Source of the DNA: Chrysomallon squamiferum
Lineage: Eukaryota; Animalia; Mollusca
DNA length: 64,000 nucleotides
Assembly (NCBI GenBank): GCA_012295275.1
Contig: CM022679.1
Location: 8,122,001 to 8,186,000, forward strand
Direction: 5' to 3'
Shown piece after piece: positions 1-11,586 of the stretch. The notes under the pieces are model-generated. The model ran no database searches and was not told the DNA's origin. It saw nothing but the letters and a program-made list of their open reading frames with translations. Made by a program: the position numbers and the translations under genes. Position 1 is the first letter of the stretch. Each line of letters opens with the position of its first letter.

Positions 1-768
1 TAGCAGTAACTAAGAAACTGTCTGTAACTTACTGCTAAAACATTATTCTGAAATATGTTTGGTTGGAGGATCAAATCTCCTTGGTTCTGCATTTAGACTA
101 TTTTAAACTATCATTATTACCACACAATACTGTGTGTTTTACTGTCTATGAAAACGTGAATATAAAAGTTATATTGCTGCTAATCGAAAAAGAGTAAACT
201 ATATATCTCATTAACTTTATGGTCCTGATGAAGACAAATGAAGACATATAAATGCTACTTTTGCATATGTTTTTGTTGGGCGTTTTTTGTTAAAAATAAT
301 TGATGTGGAGAGCCAAAATTATATTTTATTCCTGGATACTGTCAGGTAAGTGAGAACAAAATAATACAACACCTGTAGAATCTTAAATATTAGTAGGTTA
401 ATATGTTAAGAATAAACAAATAATCGGTCTAGTAAGTAACTAATACATTTTTAAATATATACTATATGGACATAGAGATAACATTTTCGCAAAATAATGA
501 ACCTTAATATAAACTCTTTTCGATGCCGTAGAAAAATAAAAGAAAATACTTGAAATTAATATACATTTCTGAATACAGATGTATTTTTGAATTCATTTTG
601 ATACTAAAGAAATAATAAAATAAAGTAGTAGAAAGTAATACATACGTTCTTTTATTAAGTGATTATAATCTATATATATTTTAAATACATTGTCCTCTGT
701 TTAACTGTAGATTTAGATCGTGTCTTTGATGTATTGTAGATTACAATCAAAGGTGAAAGTGTTAGCGT

Positions 769-2706
769 TCACGGTGAAGCTGCAGTCAGTAAAGTGATGT
801 AACACAACGCAAAGCGTGGCGTGAGAAAACCTGCAGAATTCGTCGAGTCTACCAGATCAGTAGTTACCGGCGGATCAGTGTCTACCGCCTCTGGAAAGAA
901 TTCTGGTCTTTCCCAAGGTGTTACCGGATCTCCCACCACTACGACAAATGACGTCAGAGGTGTCACAAAGCGATACTTCAGAGACATTTCCTCAGCCAAG
1001 CGTTCATATTTGTTCGCTTCTTCACTTGTTTCCGCTACGGCCATTTTCTTCAAGAGATCTTTAACTTTGAGGTAAGCGTAGAGTTTACAGATTCTGTCGG
1101 AATCTTCTTGCTTAACCAGTTTCGTGTTCACTTTCAGGACAATCTGACCGGTCTTTGTTAATGCAGTAACGGTAACGTTAATTGTCTTCGTAGTGTCGTT
1201 TATTTTGCCGGCAGTAACGAGCTCAGTGCCGTCAAAATACTGGAGGTATTTGTTCTGTGTCACTTCAGCACTGTCGAAATTATAGTTTATGGCGATATTG
1301 ACCAACACGGGACTTTCTATTTGAGAAAAGAAAGCAGTAAGCTGCTTGTCAGCATCTTGATCGTCGTAAATTCTGACAATGTCGCCGTTATTGTCCCAAG
1401 ACAGTTTCTTCAAAAACTCGAAATCTAAATCAAATCCAAAAGCCAGTGAGAATATCGCAATTTGCGTCGTTCCACTGTTTGCTTTCCGCACGTTGTCTTG
1501 AATTGTCTTGAGATCAGTGACCCCTTCAGTAGGTTCTCCATCCGACAGAAACATAATGAGATTAGATCGTGTTCCTGAAAGACTGAATGATGTTTGAAGT
1601 GAGCGGATGGCCTCCAACAAAGCCGAATTAATATTTGTGGAACCATCTGCTCTTACATTTTGTTCTACATACTGTTTGGCTAATGTAATATTTTCGCTGT
1701 TTGCGACTTGCGGTTCTTGGCGCCATTTTATGACATTTCCATTGAACAAGATTATGTTAAAAACATCTTCTGGCCGGAGCTTGTCAAATATGATCAAGAG
1801 TGATTCTCTTGTACGATTTATTTTATTGCCCTCCATCGATCCACTGATATCTATAACAAATATAATGTTTTTGTTCAAGGGGGGAAGATCACTGGGTGCC
1901 AGATAGTGAACGAAACAGCCGTTGTTGATGATCATCACTCCTCCGTCTCGTTTCTGGTTCACATCATACTCAACCTCAAATTCAACGTTCATTCCACTCT
2001 GGTTATTGTACATAATTTGCTCTGCAGCTGATGGTTTGTAGTAGATTGTTCTAGAATCGGGAGACTCTCGAAGTTTTACACTGTCTCCGGAAACTGTCAT
2101 GTTCTGAGTTCCGTTGCGAAGCTGAAAGTCAAAATGTTTGAAACCTTGTGGTTCCTCGAATTCTGCTTTTAATATAAGATCGCGAACAATTTGTTGAGGC
2201 TGAATAATAAATCTCTGAACGTATCGAGAAAGTTTGCGTTTTAGCAGTTCTTGGTAAGTGAGGTGAATCGAAACCTCAGAATCAGCCGCCACACTGAAGC
2301 TAACCTTGTATGCATCCATATCTCTTTTTTCTGATCTTCCGAGTTGATTGATTTGCCAGGCTGTTTGACCTTTTTCTTTTGCATCGTCGTATTTCTGCGT
2401 TTCATTCTTAGGATACAGTTTTCCTGAATAAGCCGATCCATTAATTACCATGTAGAAAGTAGAAATAAAAGCAGTTTCTGGAATCTGAAACACGATCGAT
2501 GTGTCTTTGCTTTCATTCCCTCTGTTGATCATGCTGCTGTAGACATTTACGACAGCAAATCTGGACTCAACTTTAGACCAGATATGAAATTCTGTTATTT
2601 CAATTTTGTTATCCTCATTATCTGCTTTTCCATTCGAGTTTATCTCTGCCAGAACTGGAGAGAGTAAAATACACAAACTAAGTAAATGTAGTGAACGTTC
2701 CAGCAT
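769..2706 (-). CDS. ITIH-like secreted VIT+vWA protein, copy A (intronless, ~645 aa)
   Basis: Open frame from first ATG (2706; the track's start at 2733 is TTG) to TGA at 769. Hydrophobic signal peptide, VIT motifs (SKVESRFA, QIPETAFIS, YQELLKR), vWA MIDAS DISGS..GSTN..SDGEP, and ITIH-type SLKYRFVTPLTS. Confidence 0.92.
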   Translation of the reverse strand: MLERSLHLLSLCILLSPVLAEINSNGKADNEDNKIEITEFHIWSKVESRFAVVNVYSSMINRGNESKDTSIVFQIPETAFISTFYMVINGSAYSGKLYPKNETQKYDDAKEKGQTAWQINQLGRSEKRDMDAYKVSFSVAADSEVSIHLTYQELLKRKLSRYVQRFIIQPQQIVRDLILKAEFEEPQGFKHFDFQLRNGTQNMTVSGDSVKLRESPDSRTIYYKPSAAEQIMYNNQSGMNVEFEVEYDVNQKRDGGVMIINNGCFVHYLAPSDLPPLNKNIIFVIDISGSMEGNKINRTRESLLIIFDKLRPEDVFNIILFNGNVIKWRQEPQVANSENITLAKQYVEQNVRADGSTNINSALLEAIRSLQTSFSLSGTRSNLIMFLSDGEPTEGVTDLKTIQDNVRKANSGTTQIAIFSLAFGFDLDFEFLKKLSWDNNGDIVRIYDDQDADKQLTAFFSQIESPVLVNIAINYNFDSAEVTQNKYLQYFDGTELVTAGKINDTTKTINVTVTALTKTGQIVLKVNTKLVKQEDSDRICKLYAYLKVKDLLKKMAVAETSEEANKYERLAEEMSLKYRFVTPLTSFVVVVGDPVTPWERPEFFPEAVDTDPPVTTDLVDSTNSAGFLTPRFALCYITLLTAASP

Positions 2707-3149
2707 TATAATTCTCTTCCAACAGTTGCGCAAATGGAGTTAAACGTCTTACTCTGTTGTCTGTTAAAAGCTTTTTAATAATATCAGTGATCCTGTACTC
2801 AAGTTTATATCGTTTGTTATTTAAAACAACATTGATACTTAAGGACAGAGAAAGGATAGGCCTAAATAACTGAAATGTTTTCTTTTTTGAAAGAGAAACT
2901 TGAAACCTTGCATCACGTGCAGCATGAAGCTGATACAAATCTGTTTCCATTAATAGCATATTAACAAGTCAGAAGTCAAATAAAATGTGAAAACAAGTCT
3001 AGTGTTGTTTTGAAGAACGTGTAATTGTATGTATTACATATTGTTGAATATGTATATGCATATGTGTGTGTATGTGTGTGTGTGTGTGTATATATATGTA
3101 TATGTATGAGTATGTATGTATGTATGTATGTATATATTACATATTGTTT

Positions 3150-3575
3150 CTATTCAACAGTTGTCTTGTTAGCATCGTTTATTTTGCCGGCAGTAACGAG
3201 CTCAGTCCCGTCAAAATACTGAAGGTATTTGTTCTGTGTCACTTCAGCACTGTCGAAATTGTAGTTTATGGTGATATTGACCAACACGGGACTTTCTATT
3301 TGAGAAAAGAAAGCAGTAACCTGCTTTTCAGCATCTTGATCGTCGTAAATTCTCACAATGTCGCCACTATTGTCTCAAGATAGTTTCTTCAAAATCTCGA
3401 AATCTAAATTAAATCCAAAAGCCAATGAGAATATCGCAATTTGCGTCGTTCCATTGTTTCCTTTCCGCACGTTGTCTTGAATTGTCTTGAGATGAGTGAT
3501 CCCTGCAGAAGCTTGTCCGTCCGACAGAAACATAATGAGATTAGCTCGTGTTCCTGAAATACTGAATGATTCCAT
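3150..3575 (-). pseudogene. ITIH-like gene fragment (second half of vWA plus downstream strand region) with in-frame TGA
   Basis: Two adjacent in-frame ORFs (3375-3575, 3150-3356) align to LIMFLSDG...ELVTAGKIND. The Trp codon is replaced by TGA at 3375-3377. No VIT or signal peptide. Confidence 0.88.
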
Positions 3576-3811
3576 TTCAACTTTCAGCCTTACCTCTATA
3601 ATGTTTTAATGTAAAACCAAAGAGTCCTAATTTTATTCTTAATTATATAAAATTGTTCTTAAGCTTTATAAACTGTTCTTTGATTTGTTGGGTTTTTTTT
3701 ATTATTATTTTTTCACTTTGTTTAAATGTTATTATTAATATTGTGTATGTTCTGCTGTGCTACGTTACGATTATTTAATGTCATGTCATGATGTGGTATT
3801 TATTTAATAAC

Positions 3812-3862
<51 letters not shown>

Positions 3863-4912
3863 GGTATTCCTCAACTTATAACTGTACATAAACTGACCAA
3901 GCTACCTAATTTACATTTACGAATTTGGATATAAAAGGCTTTTAAATATCTGTAAAATGTCATATAAACGAGAAAGAAAACTTCTTTCCATTCCCATCTT
4001 AGCTTAAAGATACTTTGTCATCTGAGATTCTGCTAACTGCTTTGGTCTGTACTTTTTCTGTGCTTCTGATGTAAATACATGCATACATTTATACAAACGT
4101 ACATAGACACACACACATACATATACGTACTACATGAATACATACGCACATAGATACATACATACATACATACACACACACAAAAAAAAAAGACTCTTGA
4201 TCAACGATACATATAAAAAGGAAGAAGGATGTATGTATTTTTATACAAGGAAGATAATATTTTTAAAACTCAGTGAGTAATACAAGTACCTAGATTTATC
4301 ACGTTTTTAAGGCGTGTGTTAAACTAGAAACGATTTTTACTGACATTTTAGAAAAAAAATGTGAACAGTTTACTTTTATCTTTTTGAAAAACCTCTTACA
4401 AATAAAAGAAATAAAAAGCAAAATTACATATCACTGATGACTTTAAAAAATGGGTAATAAATAAATAAATAAATGAATAAATAAGAGAGCGAGATATGTA
4501 AAATAAATTTAAAAAAAACCCAATAGATTAAATATTAAACTATATAACAACTGTCTTAGGTCATCACTCGTGCATCATCCAGGCATTTATGTTCCATTCT
4601 AACCAGCACAAAACATCGCTGTATATTTTTTAAACTTCGACGCTTCAGTATTTCTCAATGTTAAACTGTCAAAATAAACTTGGAATAAATCTGAAGTAAG
4701 CTCTTTACACAAACCTGACAGTTATTTGTAATTTTAAGTACTTTTATTCCACTCTTTACAAATACAGGATAGGATAAGATAGGTACAAGATATGGTATCA
4801 GACAACAAATAAAAATATATGTTGTCTTAAAGAAATCAGCTCTTCAGTACTGATTTATTTTCAGACCCAGTTACATTTATTTACATCATAAAGAAAACAG
4901 CAAAAAAATCAG

Positions 4913-4991
<79 letters not shown>

Positions 4992-5414
4992 TAAAATTAT
5001 TAATAATAATATATTAATAATAAAACTGTTTGTGGTTCCCGAATATTGTCTATATCAGACGTATATAAAACAGAGAATATTCTAAATGCTAAAACTCACC
5101 CACACATTTACCCACACATATCCACTTTCCTTGCGAAAAGGTATTACTACTGACTTGCTAACAAACAAACAAAAAAATAAAAAAATAAAAAATAAGAAGT
5201 GCTTTTGATCAACGATAAAGGTGTAAAAGAAGAAGGATATATATAATAGATGACAAGATCTTATATATATTTTTATAAAAGGAAGATAATATTATTATAA
5301 CTGGGTGAATAATACAAGCAAGAAGACGTATCACCTTGTCAAGGTGCATGTTAAACTGGAAACGATTTTAACCTACTTCAAAATAACACTTAGAAATTAA
5401 TTAGATAAAAAGCA

Positions 5415-5445
<31 letters not shown>

Positions 5446-6399
5446 TTAATAATAATAATAATAACAACAACAACAACAATAAAAAAAAAATAAAATAAAA
5501 TAAAAATAATAAATAAATAAATAAATAAATAAATACATTTTAAAGACCCATGCTTACTTATTTTCCACCAAGGAGCAGTCGCTGTGAGTAATGATTTGTA
5601 ATAATAAAAATAACTGAATAAAACAAACAAATAATTAAGTAAATAAATATAATAATTAAGTATTATATAAAGTAGAAAAAATGACAAATCAATCAAATTT
5701 AAAAAAATGAAAATAAATAGATGAAATTAATTTTAAAATTAAATTAAATAAAACAAAATATAATTGAAAAACAGTATTAAAAACTAAAAATGTAAAATAA
5801 AAGAGAAATCATTATTTATTTCTAGTTAAAGAACGACACTTCATTCCCAATTCTTCAAGGAACTCATCAAACCTTTTTTAATTTACCTAATAAATAACAA
5901 ATGACATGTGAAATTTTAATATGATTTATTAATAGATTAATATTCCATATACAAAAAGTATTAATTTATTTATTTAAAAAAACTGAAATAAAAAAGCAAG
6001 AAAAAAGAAAATGAAAGTAACCTAGATCATTGCATCTAAAATGATTTCACTGTAATTCGTTCTCGAATGTTTCTCAGAAAATTTTATTAATAATTCGCGA
6101 CTAATTTTTCTTATCATTTTGCTAATTTTCGACTGGAAAATAATTTCATTCACACTTAGTTGAATTATTCATCATTTTAAGAAGCAATGTCCTAGAAACA
6201 GCGTATGGCATGACAGTACCTTTAACAGTGTAAGGGAGAGAATTCTGGGTTTGATCACTTAAAAAAATAACAAATGTTCAGTCATAATACTGTTATCACT
6301 AGCAGTAACTAAGACACTGCCTGTGACTTACTGGTAAAACATTGTTCTGAAGTGTGTTTGATCTGAGGATCAAATTTCCTTGGTTCTGTATTTAAACTA

Positions 6400-6510
6400 T
6401 TTTTAACTATCATTATTACCACACAATACTGTGTGTTTTACTGTGTATGAAAACGTGAATATAAAAGTTCCCTTGCTGCTAATCGAAAAAGAGTAAACTA
6501 TATCTCTCAT
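6400..6510 (+). mobile_element. Degraded SINE remnant (Meta-domain-like), also at ~100-200, ~14220-14320 and ~20680-20770
   Basis: GTGAATATAAAAGTTCCCTTGCTGCTAATCGAAAAAGAGTA resembles, from recall, the central domain of MetaSINE-type gastropod repeats. Not verified by search. Confidence 0.35.
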
Positions 6511-7110
6511 TCTTGTTTTATAGTCCTGATGAAGACAAATGAAGACATATAAATGTTACTTTTCAATATGTTTTTTTGGGGGGTGTTGTTTAAAAAAAAT
6601 TGATGTGGAGAGCCAAAATTTTATTTTACTTTTCGATACTGTCATGTAAGTCAGGAAAAATCTATAAAACTTAAAATATTAGTAAGTTACTATGTTAAGA
6701 ATAAACAAATAATAGTTAATAATAAATGACTAATAAATATTTAAATATATATTATATCCACAGAGATAACATTTTCGCAAAAATAACGAATATATATACA
6801 ATATTTATTTTGGATCATTAAAAGAAATAAAATAAAAAAAAACAGTTGAAATTAATATATACTTCTGAATATAGATGTATTTTAAATTCATTAAAATCTA
6901 CATAAAAGTATTTCAGAAATAAAATAAACATAAAATAAACATTTTTTGATACTAAAGAAATAATAAAAGCAAGTAATAGTAATAAACGCTGTCTTTTAAT
7001 AACTGATAATAATCTGGATATATTTTAAATCCACTGTCCTCTGTTTAACTGTAGATTTAGATCGTGGTTGATGTACTGTAGGTTAAAATCAGAGGTGAAA
7101 GTGTTGGCGT

Positions 7111-9016
7111 TCACGGTGAAGCTGCAGTCAGTAAAGTGATGTAACACAGTGCAAAGCGTGGCGTGAGAAAACCTGCAGAATTCGTCGAGTCTACCGGATC
7201 AGTGTCTACCGGCTCTGGAACGAATTCCGGTCTTTTCCAAGGTGTCACCGGATCTCCCACCACTACGACAAATGACGTCAGAGGTGTCACAAAGCGATAC
7301 TTCAGCGATATTTCCTGAGCCAAGCGTTCATATCTGTCCGCTTCTTCGGTTGTGTCCGCTACGGCCATTTTCTTCAAGAGATCTTTAACTCTCAGGTAAG
7401 CGTAGAGTTTACAGATTCTATCGGAATCTTCTTCCTTGTTCAGTTTCGTGTTCACATTCAGGACAATCTGACCGGTCTTTGTTAATGCAGTAACGGTTAC
7501 TTTTACTGTCTTCGTAGTGTCGTTTATTTTGCCGGCAGTAACAAGTTCAGTGCCGTCAAAATACTGGAGGTACTTGTTCTGTGTCACTTCAGCACTGTCG
7601 AAATTGTAGTTTATCGCGATATTGACCAAAACGGGACTTTCTATTTGAGAAAAGAAAGCAGTAAGCTGCTTGTCAGCATCTTGATCGTCGTAAATTCTGA
7701 CAATGTCGCCGTTATTTTCCCAAGACAGTTTCTTCAAAAACTCGAAATCTAAATTAAATCCAAAAGCCAGTGAGAATATCGCAATTTGTTTCGTTCCATT
7801 GTTTGCTTTTCTCACGTTGTCTTGAATTGTCTTGAGATTAGTGACACCTGAAGAAGGTTGTCCGTCCGACAGAAACATAATGAGATGAGCTCGTGTTCCT
7901 GAAAGACTGAATGATGTTTGAAGTGAGCGGATGGCCTCCAACAAAGCCGAATTAATGTTTGTTGAACCACGTGCTATTACCTTTTGTTCTACGTACTGTT
8001 TGGCTGATTTAATATTTTCGCTGTTTGCAACTTGCGGTTCTTGGCGCCATTTCGTGACAGTTCCATCGAACAAGATTAAGTTGAAAACATCTTCTGGCCG
8101 GAGCTTGTCAAATATGATCAAGAGTGATTCTCTTGTCCGTTTTATTTTATTGCCTGACATCGATCCACTGATATCTATAACAAATATAATGTTTTTGTTC
8201 AAAGGCGGAAGATCGCTGGGTGCCAGAAAGTGAACGAAACAGCCGTTGTTGATGATCATCACTCCTCCGTCTCGTTTCTGGTTCACATCATACTCAACCT
8301 CAAATTCAACGTTCATTCCACTCTGGTTATTGTACATAATTTGCTCTGCAGCTGATGGTTTGTAGTAGATTGTTCTTGTATCGGGAGACTCTCGAAGTTT
8401 TATACTGTCTCCAGAAAATGTCATATTCTGAGTTCCGTTGCGAAGCTGAAAATCAAATTGTTTGAAACCTTGTGGTTCCTCAAATTCTGCTTTTAATATA
8501 AGATCGCGAACAATTTGTTGAGGCTGGATAATGAATCTCTGAACGTATCGAGAAAGTTTGCGTTTTAGCAGTTCTTGGTAAGTGAGATGAATCGAAACCT
8601 CAGAGTCTGCTGCCACGCTGAAGCTAACCTCATACGCATCCATACCTCTTTTTTCTGATCTTCCGAGTTGATTGATTTGCCAGGCTGTTTGACCTTTTCC
8701 TTTTGCATCGTTATATTTCTGTGTTTCACTCTTAGCATACAGTTTTCCTAAATAAGCCGATCCATTAATCACCATGTAAAAAGTAGAAATAAAAGCAGTT
8801 TCTGGAATCTGAAACACCATTAGATGTGTCTTTGCTTTCATTCCCTCTGTTGATCATGCTGCTGTAGATATTCACGACTGCGAATCTCGATTCAACTTTA
8901 GACCAAATGTGAAATTCTGTTATTTCAATTTTGTTATCCTCATTCGAGTTTATCTGAGCCAGAACTGGAGAGAATAAAATACACAAGGTAAGTAAATGTA
9001 GTGAGCGTTTCATCAT
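7111..9016 (-). pseudogene. ITIH-like copy B, interrupted by a 1-nt insertion near 8818-8824 (pseudogene or assembly error)
   Basis: ORFs 8765-9043 and 7111-8841 together give the full protein. Here caccattagatgtg aligns with cacgatcgatgtg in A/B', showing one extra base. ATG at 9016. Also lacks the 15 nt encoding GKADN. Confidence 0.8.
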
Positions 9017-9357
9017 TATAATTTTCTTCCAACAGTTCTGCAAGTGGAGTTAAACGTCTTACTCTGTTGCCTGTTAAAAGCTTTATAAAATCAAAAATGA
9101 TCTCCTACTCGAATTGATATCTTTTATTGATTACAACAAGGACGTTATTGAAGGGAAGAACAGACAAAGGTTATAGCTAAACAGCTGAAATGTTTTCTTT
9201 ATTCAGAGAGAAATTTGAAACCTTGTTAATTATAATCTGCAGTTAAAAGCTTATACAAATCATGTTTCCGGCAGTAACATAATAACATAATTCATTTACG
9301 CACGACAGAAACAAGAACATTTTTTTTTTTTTTTCATTCAGATAATGGTGAAAATTA

Positions 9358-9462
<105 letters not shown>

Positions 9463-9573
9463 AATAAATAAATAAAATAAAATATGATAAAATAAAAATA
9501 ATATAATAGCTGGCATATAAATGCAATAACTTTATATAATTCTATTTTGGTTTTCTGTCATATATTTTTGAAG

Positions 9574-9624
<51 letters not shown>

Positions 9625-10092
9625 TGTGTGTGTCTTAAATATTCTTGAATAAAAACAATCCACAGAGTTTCGAATTTAATTTTTGTTTTGCCATTTTAAA
9701 AACAAAACTGATATTTGTAATGTAAAAGTATATTTCTGTTTTCTTGTAATAAGAGTTGTTTATAAGCTTTTCATTTTGTGAATCGTCAACTTTGACCCTC
9801 ACATCTATAATATATTAATGTGGAATAAAAGGGTCATAATTTTGCTTTATAAAATGCTTTTTGATTTGTTTGGGGATTTTGTTTTTGTTTTTGTTTCAAT
9901 GTTATTATTAGTGTTGTGTGTTATGCTGTCTTATGATTATTTCATGTCCTGTCTTGGTGCGGTATTTATTTATTTACTTATTTATTATTATTTTTAAAAA
10001 ATCAATTTTACTGTTTTTTCTCTTCTGTTCTCCAACTTATTATTATACATAAACAGACCAAGCTACCGATTTCGGTATAAAATGCTTTTAAG

Positions 10093-10497
10093 TTCACATT
10101 CAGAACAATGTGACCAATGTTTGTTAATACAACAACCGTAAAGTTATTTTTCTTCTTAGCGTCTTTTATATTACCGGCAGTAACTGTTGTTTCCGCTACG
10201 GCCATTTTCTTCAGGAGATCTTTAACTCTCAGGTAAACGTAGAGTTCACAGATTCTGTCGGAATCGTCTTGCTTGTCCAGTTTCGTGTTCACATTCAGGA
10301 CAATCTGACCGGTCTTTGTTAATGCAGTAACGGTAACGTTAATTGTCTTCGTAGTGTCGTTTATTTTGCCGGCAGTAACGAGCTCAGTGCCGTCAAAATA
10401 CTGGAGGTATTTGTTCTGTGTCACTTCAGCACTGTCGAAATTGTAGTTTATGGTGATATTGACCAAAACAGGCCTTTCTATTTGAGAAAAGAAAGCA
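10093..10497 (-). pseudogene. Chimeric ITIH-like C-terminal fragment (two fused pieces)
   Basis: 10187-10497 encodes AFFSQIE...KKMAVAET. It is followed by a diverged second copy of an earlier segment (VTAGNIKDAKKKNNFTVVVLTNIGHIVLNVN, 10093-10186). Confidence 0.82.
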
Positions 10498-11174
10498 TAC
10501 ACACAGACATTCACGCTGGGGCGAATCCAGCTTTTCTGCTGAGAAGGGGTCCATGACAAAAAGGACACTGTAACATTATAAAAAGGCACTACTGAAAAAT
10601 TACACACACGGTTCACATGGACCATAATATAATATTATTGTACAGTGTTCTCTACACTGTCAGAAATTTTAAAAAATCCTAAATAAATTCTAAAAATCCT
10701 AAATAAAAGGGGCACTTCTCTATTTCAAGGGGTTCGGGACATCTTGGATCTCCCCTCTAGATCCGCCACACACCCACACACACCCACACACAACCACGCA
10801 CACCTATCCAGTTTCCTTTGACAAAACGTATGAGCTGTTGACTTGCTGCCAAACCCCCCACCAAAAAAACCCAGCATTTGATCAATGATATAATGCATGT
10901 TCTTTTAAAGGTGAAAAAAAAAGGAAGTTAGTAATAGACGACTAAGTCAGGTATATATTAGTAATCAAGGAAGATAGTATGTTATTACTCTGTGAATAAT
11001 GCAAGTAGAAAAAAAAAATGTCACGATTTCAAAGTGTATGTTAAAGTTCAAACCATTTTAATCTACATTTTTTTAAAGATTGTGCCGAATGTGAACGGTT
11101 TACTTCTATCTTTTTGAAAATAAATCTTACAAATAAAATGAATAAATAGCAGAATGACTTTAAAAATGGTTAAC

Positions 11175-11249
<75 letters not shown>

Positions 11250-11551
11250 ATATATAAAACAAAGGTTTTTTAAAAAATAATAATAATTTTTAAAAAAAAC
11301 ACGCATAAACATTAAAGTACCCATTAATTGTCTTAAATCATCACTCGTGAATCAGTATTTCAAAACTCACATTGTACAGACACACACACACAGATTGATA
11401 AATAGATAGATAGATAGACGGATGGACGGATAAATGGATGGATGAATAAAGATACAGATACTAACAGAATTCTTCGGATTGGTATCGTCATTATGACTAC
11501 AACGAAAACAGAACTAATGGAATACGATTATTTATTCGATATTTATTAGAA

Positions 11552-11586
<35 letters not shown>

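Noticed and set aside
2707-2733. N-terminal extensions (MRNCWKRII / MQNCWKRII) from the ORF track
   Set aside because: They begin at TTG. The first ATG directly precedes a normal signal peptide.
3375-3377. In-frame TGA in vWA fragments as selenocysteine or readthrough
   Set aside because: It replaces a Trp (TGG>TGA), not a Cys. No SECIS was recognised, and the fragment lacks a signal peptide and the first half of the domain.
3150-3575. Diversity-generating retroelement (template/variable repeat)
   Set aside because: No reverse transcriptase in the window, and differences are not adenine-specific.
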